A stretch of 64,000 nt of DNA from a virus. Lineage: Duplodnaviria; Caudoviricetes. Positions 1-9,400 of this stretch are shown piece by piece. The position numbers were made by a program, and so were the translations under genes. Position 1 is the first letter of the stretch; each line of letters starts with the position of its first letter. The stretch spans positions 33,979 through 97,978 of IMG/VR virus record IMGVR_UViG_3300033066_001150. The stretch is one strand, 5' to 3'. The notes under the pieces were generated by a model. It was not told where the DNA came from. It did no database searches and was given only the letters and a program-made list of their open reading frames with translations.

Positions 1-28
1 ACCATGTCCCGCAAAGCCAAGGGAAACA

Positions 29-337
29 ATGACCGTCTTTGATGAAGCAACCCACTCCTTCTTGGAGGCCATTACCGAGAAACTTGTAAAGAATCTCCAA
101 AAGAGCACTGTCAATGTTGTAGTTGCTCCAGATGTGGATAAACTCGATGCTAAAATATGCATGGAGGTCGGTGCTTCCGTCTTGCTTGGGAAGCATACCA
201 TTGTCTTCGTTCCTCCGGGAAGGACGTGTTCTGCCCTGTTAAGAAAAATTGCGTTCGAAGTAATAAACAGGGAATCCGAGTTACCTGCGGTGTTGGCACG
301 GTTGGAACACTTTGTGGCATCAGAAAGGGAACAATGA
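29..337 (+). CDS. Hypothetical protein, weak resemblance to nucleoside 2-deoxyribosyltransferase/TIR-like fold
   Basis: 102-aa ORF; segment MEVGASVLLGKHTIVF resembles the E-x-G-x-A-x3-K-x-I pattern of NDT-like proteins; stop overlaps next ATG (ATGA). Confidence 0.4.
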   Translation: MTVFDEATHSFLEAITEKLVKNLQKSTVNVVVAPDVDKLDAKICMEVGASVLLGKHTIVFVPPGRTCSALLRKIAFEVINRESELPAVLARLEHFVASEREQ

Positions 338-537
338 CACTGAAACGCGCGTGCTCCCAACATATACTGATTACCGTGGGTGACTACGATCGGACGGGCG
401 ACTTGTGCGGTAAACCAGCTCGGTACCAAACACCAAGTGGTCGTTATGTGTGCGGAACGCATCGTCGGGTTGTAGATGCTTTTCTGGAGCGTCAAGGTAA
501 AAAAGAACGATGTGTCAGCATCCAGACTGGAGGTTAG
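334..537 (+). CDS. Small Cys/His (Zn-finger-like) hypothetical protein
   Basis: ATG 334 overlaps upstream stop; C..CGKPA..CGTH pattern. Confidence 0.4.
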   Translation: MTLKRACSQHILITVGDYDRTGDLCGKPARYQTPSGRYVCGTHRRVVDAFLERQGKKERCVSIQTGG

Positions 538-715
538 AAATGGGGACGAAAAGACCAGTATTGCCACCACCAAAATCTCAGTGGCCAAAAGACAGGCCGC
601 GACCTGTTAGCCCGCCACCTCCCCCGACTCGGGAGCAACTGATCGCCATTCGACTCATTTCGCAGATAATAAAAGGCGACAAGTAAAAGTAGTGTCTAAC
701 TAGGAAAGACCAGTA

Positions 716-976
716 ATGTATCCGAATTCAGATTGCAGTGAAGGAGAACCTAGCTGGGATAACGGGGAGGATGTGACCACGTGCTACGGACGTCCCCAAC
801 CACGGGTCTACCGGTTTTTCAAGTTTGAGGTCTGGCGGGAACCGGCAGGGGTAATCAGTCGCGACCCGATATGGGTTTGCCTCTATGACGTGTGGCTCCA
901 CACTCATCCGACCTTGTGGGGCCTCCTGTGGGATGTTTTACGAAATCACAAGTCCGACCATAACCTGGTCGCCTAA
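716..976 (+). CDS. Hypothetical protein
   Basis: 86-aa ORF, AGGA upstream, co-oriented with neighbours. Confidence 0.4.
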   Translation: MYPNSDCSEGEPSWDNGEDVTTCYGRPQPRVYRFFKFEVWREPAGVISRDPIWVCLYDVWLHTHPTLWGLLWDVLRNHKSDHNLVA

Positions 977-984
977 GTGAAATT

Positions 985-1254
985 ATGAATAAGCTGTTTC
1001 GTTTTATCAATGGCATTGGTCGTCCGGTCTGGATTTTACCCAGCACCGTGATTGCTATGTATCAAGAAGAATGTGGCGCATGGGTTGTGGTCTGTACCAA
1101 CACAATGTGGACCATGAGCAAAGGGGATTTTGATCGACTGTTGAAAGTGGTGGACCAGTTCCGAGCTTCGTTAGAGGAAGACGAAGGGGACTGGTGGAAG
1201 GGCGTCGGGACAGATACCACGGAAGAAGAGGATGACGATGAAGACGATTATTAG
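985..1254 (+). CDS. Hypothetical protein with acidic C-terminus
   Basis: 89-aa ORF, 8 nt after previous stop. Confidence 0.5.
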   Translation: MNKLFRFINGIGRPVWILPSTVIAMYQEECGAWVVVCTNTMWTMSKGDFDRLLKVVDQFRASLEEDEGDWWKGVGTDTTEEEDDDEDDY

Positions 1255-1468
1255 TCTCTGGCAGCGGTTGCTATTGTGGTGGCGGGGACCTTTGGAACTG
1301 GATGCGGATGAGGACCGGGAAATGATGGTCCCGACCATGCTTCCCATGTCCCCCGATCGGGAGGTCATGTGCTCCCCCGATCCCGACACCTCCCCTTGTG
1401 TGGACCCCCAGTGCCCCTGTCATAAAGTGATCACGCACACCTCAATTGCTGTGAATTGAACCGGACCC

Positions 1469-1497
1469 TTGACAACTAGGGTTCTTGTCTTTACTGT
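1469..1497 (+). promoter_or_regulatory. Sigma70-like promoter upstream of csrA
   Basis: TTGACA (1469-1474), 17-nt spacer, TACTGT (1492-1497), then AAGGAGG RBS. Confidence 0.55.
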
Positions 1498-1523
1498 GTG
1501 ACGGTTTGTTAAGGAGGATGAAC

Positions 1524-1703
1524 ATGTTGGTCTTGTCACGGCGGAAAAACGAACAAGTGATGATCGGAGATGACACGGTGGTCACTGTCGTGGAGGTACT
1601 GGGCGACAAGGTGCGGCTCGGGATCGAAGCCCCAAAGGAAGTCGCCATTCACCGTCGGGAAGTGTGGGTTATTATTCAACAGGAAAAGGCGACCGAGGAG
1701 TAA
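1524..1703 (+). CDS. csrA: Carbon storage regulator CsrA/RsmA
   Basis: MLVLSRRKNEQVMIGDD...VRLGIEAPKEVAIHRREV is the canonical CsrA signature; strong RBS. Confidence 0.95.
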   Translation: MLVLSRRKNEQVMIGDDTVVTVVEVLGDKVRLGIEAPKEVAIHRREVWVIIQQEKATEE

Positions 1704-1867
1704 TGATCACTTCCATTTTCTGTCTGTTGCTTGTGGGTGTGCTGGTGCTGCAGTTGGTATTGCGGTGCCAGCTTCTTCGCCTTCGGGGGGACCTACGTCA
1801 GTTCCACGAAGACCAGAAAAATCAGACCACACTCACTCCCAACAACCAAACAATGTGGGATGACTAA
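1703..1867 (+). CDS. Small membrane protein
   Basis: TAATG coupling to csrA; one hydrophobic N-terminal helix. Confidence 0.5.
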   Translation: MITSIFCLLLVGVLVLQLVLRCQLLRLRGDLRQFHEDQKNQTTLTPNNQTMWDD

Positions 1868-2082
1868 TGCCCTCAGTCTCTTTCCCTGCTCCGCTTCTTC
1901 CCCAGCCGGTTCCCCGGGAACGTCAGTGTCTCCGGTGTAATCGGCTTTTCGTATCTATGGGCCCCAGCAATCGCATCTGTGAGGATTGTCAGGACAAGAA
2001 CAAACGACAAGGTCGCCGGGCCAGCAAAGAGTCCAATTGCGGCTGTTGCACATCATTAGGTCGAACACCTCGCGGAGATTAG
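1867..2082 (+). CDS. Small Zn-finger protein
   Basis: CLRC...NRICEDC; TAATG coupling. Confidence 0.55.
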   Translation: MPSVSFPAPLLPQPVPRERQCLRCNRLFVSMGPSNRICEDCQDKNKRQGRRASKESNCGCCTSLGRTPRGD

Positions 2083-2084
2083 AT

Positions 2085-5000
2085 ATGGCGAAGAAGAAAC
2101 CTCGCCCACGTACTGCTTCCACTCCTGTCAGTAATTTCCGTGAACAGTTGATGGACATGGCCCTCAATGCCCAGTCGACCCGCTGGGGGTATCTGCAGTC
2201 ATTGATGGACCCACGTCGGGATATTGATCAGGAGTGTGGGTACGACGCCTCCCGGGAACACGACCCGCAGCTTTATCGGGAACTGTTTGACCGGAACCCT
2301 ATCGCCTCCCGGGTCAATAAACTGTTCCCGTCCGAGACGTGGGGACTTCCCCCTGAAATCTATGAATCGGAGGACCCCAAGGCCAAGACCCCATTTGAAG
2401 AGGCTTGGTTGGAACTGGGGGCCTCCTTGGGTGGGGAGAGCTGGCACGAGGACTTGACTTGTTCGTCTATTTGGGAAGTGCTCCGTCGGGCGGATATTCT
2501 TTCGGGGATTGGTCACTTTGGTGTGATCCTGCTGGGCCTCAGTGATACGGCTGATTTGTCTGAACCCGTAGAAGAGATTGACAAAGAGGGTAAGAGCGTA
2601 TTCACCGCGAAGAAGAAAAGCGGGAATGTTCGAAACGCCAAGCAGCCACGCCGTCTGTTGTACATGCGGGTCTTCGACGAAACCCAAGCCACCATCCAGA
2701 GCCTCGAGACCGATCCCAGCAACCCCCGCTACGGACAACCAACTCACTACAATATCAATTTCTATAATGTGAATAATCAGTCCGATGGGCAAATTGTGTC
2801 CTCTGTGGGGACCAAGGTTGTTCACTGGACCCGTATTATCCATGTCACGGATAACGTTCTTTCTAATGAACTGATGGGTGTGCCCCGGTGCAAGCCAGTG
2901 TTGCATCGACTGCTGGACCTGAACAAGCTTTACAGCGGGTCCGCGGAGATGTACTGGAAAGGAGCCTTCCCCGGCTTGTCCATTGAAACACAGCCCCAGT
3001 TGCAAGGGGATGTGGAAATCGATGCGGAAGCTATGCGCTCGCAGATGTTCGACTACATGAACAGTCTGCAACGCTATCTGACATTGACCGGGATGTCTGC
3101 CAAGACCTTGTCCCCCACGGTGGTCGACCCCACAACGCAGATCAATGTGCAGTTGGAAGCCATTTGTATTGAGTTGGGTGTACCGGTCCGAATTTTCAAG
3201 GGCAGTGAACGTGGGGAACTGGCTTCCAGTCAGGACGCTGCGGCTTGGTTGGACCGGGTTAAAGATCGCCAGCGGATGATTACAACGCCGCGGCTGGTGG
3301 TCCCCTTAGTCAACCGGCTGATTCAAGTGGGGGTGTTGCCGGTTCCCAAGAAGTACGTGACTCATTGGCCGGATATGGCGTCTCTGAGTGAGGAAGAACA
3401 AGCCCGCGTCGGGACACTGATTGTTGACGTCATGGCGAAGTATATCCAAGGCGGCTTGGAAGTCATGATGACACCGATGGACTTTATGATGCGGCTGTTA
3501 CACTTCTCACAGGAGGAGGCCGAGGGGATTTTGGAAGCCGCTATTGAAGCTGCGGACACACAGCAGCAACTCACAACCGACCCTGCCGCTGGACAAGACC
3601 CCGGACAAGGTGGGGCGCCGCCTTTGGGACCGGATGGACAACCCCTGCCCATCGGGCCGGATGGGAACCCTGTTGGACCTGATGGTAAGCCGGTGGAATT
3701 GGGACCGGATGGACAACCGCCCCAGCAAGTGGATGAGGACGGGAAACCTGTGGAACCCGTGGACGAAGAAGGGAACCCGGTGGCGGGACAACAACCCACC
3801 GGGTTCCCTGTCCCGGGTAAAACACCCCCACACTTGGCAGCCTTTGCCAAACAAGCCGCACGTACAGGACGGCCCATTCCTCCGGGGCAAAAACAAGTGG
3901 CTCCGGGACAAGGGAAGCAGCCCATTCCCAAGAAGAAACCACAAGTCCGTAATAGACTGGCCGGGATTGTGGGACAGGCCGTGGACAAGGCCCGGCGCGT
4001 CTGGAATAACAAAGAGGTATACCCCAAGATCAAGGCAATGGGTCTGTTTCTGCGTGAGACCGGACAAGCCATGCCCGGCTATGGTCAAATCTTCTATAAG
4101 ACTGATGGTTCGGGTCAGTGTTGGTACGTGGGCGGGGATGGGGATGGGGACGGTTTCTACAAACTGGTTCAACGCAAACTGAAGACCATCCCCGGTGTCA
4201 AGTCTGTGACCTACGAAGCCGAAGTTTTCCCACCAAAGAATAATAAGTGGCATCAGGTCTACCCCCAGCAGAGGGCATGGGTGGGCAATGCCTTTTGTCC
4301 GACCGGTCCCGGTGGGGGACAGGACAATAGCTGTGCTCCTAAGGGAGGAACCGGACCCACAGATAGTCAACGAATCAGTGCCACAGTGCTAATCATGAAA
4401 ACAAAGACAAGCACTATGGGAGAGAAAGGTACTATCCGCGAAGAAAAACGCCACACAGTCTCTATCAAAGATAAGGAAATTGGGACTATTGTTGAAAGAC
4501 GGATCGCTAAGTCGGCGACTCAAGGTGGCGGTTACGAAAAGGTGATGGAAGCTGTTTATAAGGATGGGACTGTTCTGGGGCAGGTCAGCAGTCTTGTTCT
4601 AGGCAAGGAACGGTTGGCCCAGCACCGTTTGGAGAGAAGCAAGGCTAAGGCGGGGTCCACATCCAACGTCTTCTGTCCCACGGGACCGGGAGGTGGGGTG
4701 GACCCAACCTGTTCCCCCAAAGGTGGCGGCGGTGGAGGTGTCTCCGGCAAGGGGTCCGGTCGCATTTATAACCCGGACGTTGAGGAACGGGACTCGGCAG
4801 GGGTTACAAAGGCAGCCCGTGTGGGAGTGCCTGCCGAACACGTACCGCCTCCACCTCCCATCGGAAAGCTTCCCAATCTGACAGAACACGAACGCGAGGT
4901 CGAATCTAAGTTCGCAGAAGCCTACGAGGCGGACCCGGATGGGGTGGCTGATAAGTTCCGCGAGCTGGTCAAGGCTTCTGCCAAACCGGGTGAGCCGTTG

Positions 5001-5720
5001 ACCTTTGGAACAGACGACGCCAAGGCCCTGACCGACGTGTGGTCCCACCCCGACCAAGACCAGCGTGCGGAGTACCGGGCCAGTCTCAACACTCCCTTAC
5101 ACCAGACAGCGAACGCGATCGCTAAGCGGGCCTTCGTGCGTGAGTTGGACAACCTGCAGGAAGGGGATGAGATTCTGGTGACCGTGGGTGGCTGTGGGGC
5201 TGGTAAAGGTTATGCCCTCAAGAATGTGCCCGAAGCCTTGGCAATGAAGCAGGGTTCCAAGATTATTTGGGACAGTGCCGGAGACCAGAATGCTACGGAG
5301 AACCCGTGGATTCAGAAGGAAGCGGAAGCTCGTGGACTGAAAGTCAACTATGTCTACGTGCATGCTGACCCTTATAAGGCATGGGCCGACCCGGAACGTG
5401 GGGCGATTCAACGGGCCAAAGATCCCAAGGATGGGCGAATGGTGGACGCCAAGGTGTTCGCCGATAGTTATGCCTTGGGGATTAAAAACCACGCGGCGTT
5501 CTATGAAGCGAACAAAGACAACCCCAGTGCTAAGTTTGCCTTCTTGGATAACCGGACGAAACCCAGCCTTATGGATATGATTCCGGACGAAGGGCTGCAG
5601 TTGGACCGCCACGAGTTGTCCAAGTTTGCCGTGAAAGCTGTGGAACAGGCACAAGCCCCGGATCGTGTGGTTCGTGGGGCCTTGATCGGGCAGCGTATCT
5701 GGGCAGGAGAAAACATCTAA
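2085..5720 (+). CDS. Portal protein (DUF1073-like) with C-terminal polyprotein extension ending in a zeta-toxin-like P-loop kinase
   Basis: GGAG RBS before ATG 2085; N-terminal ~490 aa portal-like (VHWTRIIH, GSAEMYWKGA, GVPVRIFKGSERGELASSQD); Pro-rich linker; two tag motifs; VTVGGCGAGKG, IIWDSAG, VYVHADP..A..RA...GRMV of zeta-like kinases. Confidence 0.85.
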   Translation: MAKKKPRPRTASTPVSNFREQLMDMALNAQSTRWGYLQSLMDPRRDIDQECGYDASREHDPQLYRELFDRNPIASRVNKLFPSETWGLPPEIYESEDPKAKTPFEEAWLELGASLGGESWHEDLTCSSIWEVLRRADILSGIGHFGVILLGLSDTADLSEPVEEIDKEGKSVFTAKKKSGNVRNAKQPRRLLYMRVFDETQATIQSLETDPSNPRYGQPTHYNINFYNVNNQSDGQIVSSVGTKVVHWTRIIHVTDNVLSNELMGVPRCKPVLHRLLDLNKLYSGSAEMYWKGAFPGLSIETQPQLQGDVEIDAEAMRSQMFDYMNSLQRYLTLTGMSAKTLSPTVVDPTTQINVQLEAICIELGVPVRIFKGSERGELASSQDAAAWLDRVKDRQRMITTPRLVVPLVNRLIQVGVLPVPKKYVTHWPDMASLSEEEQARVGTLIVDVMAKYIQGGLEVMMTPMDFMMRLLHFSQEEAEGILEAAIEAADTQQQLTTDPAAGQDPGQGGAPPLGPDGQPLPIGPDGNPVGPDGKPVELGPDGQPPQQVDEDGKPVEPVDEEGNPVAGQQPTGFPVPGKTPPHLAAFAKQAARTGRPIPPGQKQVAPGQGKQPIPKKKPQVRNRLAGIVGQAVDKARRVWNNKEVYPKIKAMGLFLRETGQAMPGYGQIFYKTDGSGQCWYVGGDGDGDGFYKLVQRKLKTIPGVKSVTYEAEVFPPKNNKWHQVYPQQRAWVGNAFCPTGPGGGQDNSCAPKGGTGPTDSQRISATVLIMKTKTSTMGEKGTIREEKRHTVSIKDKEIGTIVERRIAKSATQGGGYEKVMEAVYKDGTVLGQVSSLVLGKERLAQHRLERSKAKAGSTSNVFCPTGPGGGVDPTCSPKGGGGGGVSGKGSGRIYNPDVEERDSAGVTKAARVGVPAEHVPPPPPIGKLPNLTEHEREVESKFAEAYEADPDGVADKFRELVKASAKPGEPLTFGTDDAKALTDVWSHPDQDQRAEYRASLNTPLHQTANAIAKRAFVRELDNLQEGDEILVTVGGCGAGKGYALKNVPEALAMKQGSKIIWDSAGDQNATENPWIQKEAEARGLKVNYVYVHADPYKAWADPERGAIQRAKDPKDGRMVDAKVFADSYALGIKNHAAFYEANKDNPSAKFAFLDNRTKPSLMDMIPDEGLQLDRHELSKFAVKAVEQAQAPDRVVRGALIGQRIWAGENI

Positions 5721-5881
5721 TGGCGATCACTGAGAACGCAGAAGGTCAATGGTGGGACGAAGAGGCTGACCGGGTGAACCGGATGGCGGAACTGGCCCGT
5801 CAAAAGGGAATGGTCATTTCGGTGACCCCCAAGGCAAAAGCAAAGGTCAGCAAAAAGAAACCCACCAAGAAGGAGAAATAA
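5720..5881 (+). CDS. 53-aa protein (MAITENAEGQWWDEEADR...KKEK), not in ORF track
   Basis: TAATG overlap with portal stop and with the next ORF; GGAG RBS. Confidence 0.6.
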   Translation: MAITENAEGQWWDEEADRVNRMAELARQKGMVISVTPKAKAKVSKKKPTKKEK

Positions 5882-6093
5882 TGCGGGACCTCCTCAAGCA
5901 AGAAACAACGTGCCTCAGTTCTGTTTGCAAAGAGTGTGGTCGACCGCTCCGGCACGGCGCCAAGGAACTGGATAAACATGGGACGTTGTGTGATGCTTGT
6001 TGGGCGGACCGTGAGATTCGGATACAGGAACACCAACGCCGTATTCAGCGGGATATCAAACGTCTAGGGCTCCGGGGGAAACGGGAATGTTAG
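5881..6093 (+). CDS. Small Zn-finger protein
   Basis: CKECG...CDAC; AAGGAG RBS. Confidence 0.55.
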   Translation: MRDLLKQETTCLSSVCKECGRPLRHGAKELDKHGTLCDACWADREIRIQEHQRRIQRDIKRLGLRGKREC

Positions 6094-6401
6094 ACAGATT
6101 TACTACAGTCATCGAAAAGCCGTTTCCACTCGAGGCCCACGACCGATCAACCCCTTCGGTGGGGGAGTTCTGGGTCTTTGTGGAAGACGGGAACCCGGTG
6201 GCGGTGGAGTTCGTGTGTCCGTGTGGGTGCGGTCATAACCTCCACACACCGCTCGGACTGTCATCTCCGCATCACTGGGAATACCGGGCTGGGAGTGAGG
6301 GGCCGACTTTGTCCCCTTCTGTTCGTTGGACGAGTGGGTGTAAAGCGCATTTCACGGTGACCAATGGCAAGATTCATTGGTACTCTGATTCTGGGAAGTA
6401 G
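6087..6401 (+). CDS. DUF6527-like Cys/His protein
   Basis: FVCPCGCGH...W...PTLSPSV...C.AHF.VTNGKI.W pattern. Confidence 0.6.
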   Translation: MLDRFTTVIEKPFPLEAHDRSTPSVGEFWVFVEDGNPVAVEFVCPCGCGHNLHTPLGLSSPHHWEYRAGSEGPTLSPSVRWTSGCKAHFTVTNGKIHWYSDSGK

Positions 6402-6403
6402 AC

Positions 6404-9400
6404 ATGCCACGGACCATTCCGCAACCTCGGGGCTTTTATAACCGCCGGCTCGGTCAGGGTCTCACACGTCGGGACCCCACCCGCACGGCGACCTTGCGGA
6501 AGATATTTTCTAATGAACTGCGACGACGGATGAGTCGGTTGTTTGCGGATTCGTGGAAGCTGTTGGAAGATAATGGTCTGACAGAGAACGCCTTCTGTCC
6601 GACAGGTCCGGGCGGTGGAGTTGACCCAACCTGCAGTCCAGATCAAATTAGTATACAGCAGGCTTTCGATAGAATGCCATTCGGAGACAACCCCAAGGGG
6701 TACACATGGGCTTCGTTGTCTCTGACTACCTTGGACTCCCTGTTGAAGACAGGAAAGCTCGGATTGATCCATGATGTTGGGGAGTTGTCCGAGGACAGTG
6801 TATTATCTAAAGTGAATTCTAAGAAACTCAACCCTCTAATTGTTACGAAAATAGGGCAGCGGTTTCTTGTTGTGGATGGAAACCATTCTCTCGAGGCGGC
6901 CCGTCGTCTTCGGGTGGATTCTGTGAAAGCCATTGTTCCTAAGAAGTCCCTCTTGTCCTTGAACGCCTTCTGTCCCACTGGAAAGGGCGGTGGTCAAGAC
7001 AATAGTTGTTCCCCTTCCAACAAAGGCATGTCTGCTCCGTTTGAAGCGGTGATGGGTCATTGGGACGCCATGCGCTCCAAAGACGCCTATAAAACAATGG
7101 GAAAGATCTGGAAATCGGACTACGAGGGCACTCGTTGGTTCGACTACACACCAAAGCCGGGGACCAAGGCTTATAAAGAGTTGGATGCTTCGATTAAGTC
7201 CGGAGAACTTGTCCGGGAGTTTGAGGAGCGGTTCGCCTCGGAAGATAAGGAAGTGATGATGATTATCCATCCTTCCTCAGATGACATGTACAACCGAGAA
7301 ACAGCAAAAGTCTCGGTCTACACTTCTTCTAATCGTAACGAAGTCACTCCACATGACCAACCCTTGTCTGGTCGCATTCTGACTCATAATCATCCAGATG
7401 GGGCTAACCTATCCTTGTCTGATGTAAAAACTGCGGTCCGGAAAGGAGTCCAGGAAATTAGGGCGGTTACTCCAGACGGGACCGTGTACAGCCTCAAAAA
7501 GGCAGAAAGCTACTATAAAAAACCAGATGGGACACAACACAAGGCGGTTCGTGGACCGGGACAAGATGCTATTGATAAGCGATTAGGGGAGGCTATTCGA
7601 AAGCATGTAACTCTCGAAGAAGCTCAACTCCCCTTAGGCCAACAGCAAGCCATCTATGAAAAAGTCTGGAAGGCGTTTACAAAGGAACCGTTCGTATCAG
7701 AGTCCGCTGAAGGGGGCCAACACTACACAAGGTACGAGTACACTGTGTCCCGTCGGACGGAGAACGTCTTCTGCCCGACTGGACCGGGCGGAGGTGTGGA
7801 CCCCACATGCTCTCCTTCCAATAAAGGGACAGCGAATGTACCGCAAACTCCGGAAGAGTGGGAAGAGCATTTCCAACATATCAATTTTCTAGGAACGAAG
7901 CGAGTTGTAGAGGACCGTGCAAAAGAGTGGAAGTATCACGCCCCGGTAAACGTGGAAAACGCCGTTGGTCGAAACTTTGAACGGGGTGGGGTCCAGTGGG
8001 AGGAAGGCGGAAATTGCCAACTGGAAACCGGAGTGGTGACTATTTACTCCCGGTCCGTTGGTAGTTCCGTGGAAAATGTGGAACGGATTACAAACCATGA
8101 ACTGATGCATGGTACGTTCGAAAAGGTCTATGATAAGTACCGACGAGAACTGGGGAAGATTACCATAGATCACATTCATATGGATGGGACGCTGAAAGCG
8201 GAACATTTCAACGAATTCCCCACGTATGGTCGAATTCAGGCTCTGTTGGAAAATCATGGCCAGTTCTCTTTAGGCAAGGCCCTACAAAAAGAGGACGGGA
8301 TTACGGACTATAGCCGGGCTTACTGGAAGGATTACGAAGAAGGAAAAGTCAGTTACCATATAGCGGTTCATGAGACCTTGGCGGAAATCGCAGCTATTCA
8401 TGGAACAACTGGTGTTATCCAAGGGGAAAAGGTGTGGCGGGATCTCTACAAAGGCATTCGGGACGAGTATCGGGTTCTCCAAGGTCATCAGTCCCGTCGA
8501 CGTGGTCCCGGTATCCCTAAGCCGGTCAAGAACTACTCCACGGAAACCGTTTATTTGGATGGGGATTTTCGGCGTGTCCCCCCAGAGCAAGCTGTTTTCA
8601 TTCATTGGTGGGATGACGCTGGTTCCCACTGGGGGACTCGGAAGCCCCCGACAAACAATTTCGCCTCTACGCAATTCAATGTCGACGAAGTGGGGGTGCT
8701 GACCGCGGTCCATGTTATTCAGTCCCATCTGGATTCCCGGGATGTGTTAGAACTGGAAACCCAGCCACATATCACGGTTCGGTATGGTCTCCATGATCAG
8801 GAAGCTTCGGGTGTGCGGGCGTTGTACGACAACCAAGTCCCGGTCCGGGTCAAACTGGGTGGCTTGTCCTTGTTCCAGACACCGAAGGCGGATGTGCTAA
8901 AAATTGACGTGGATTCCCGTAGTCTTCCGGCCATTCACGGGCGATTGGGCCTGCTTCCCCACACGAGCACCTTTCCCACGTATATTCCCCATTTGACAGT
9001 CGCCTATCTGCGACCGGGCACAGGTCATAAATACGTGGGGAAAAGCGGTCTGGAAGGGACCGTGTTGACTTTTGATAAGTTGGTGTTCTCGGATGACAAC
9101 CGTCGGCAGACTACCGTGTCCAACGCTTTCTGTCCGACAGGACCGGGGGGTGGACAGGACAATTCCTGTCCACCTAATAGACAGGCGGAAAGTAGCAGCC
9201 TTGTCGTTCCAGTACGGTACACAGGAAAGAAGGGAACGCCTGTAGAGGTAGTCCACAACCCCACTGAAAAAACACTGAAACGATTAGTGAAAAAGGAAAG
9301 GCTCAAGGGGTTGTTGGACCTCAAAAACGGTACATGGCATTTCTGGTCAGAGGAAGATGGGGAGCATGAAGATGTAGCCAGAGGAATGGGACTTTCCTCC

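Noticed and set aside
1986-2084. ORF-track upstream extension of the portal (also of protease, PolA, RecA, clamp loader)
   Set aside because: Downstream starts have better RBSs or avoid overlapping upstream genes
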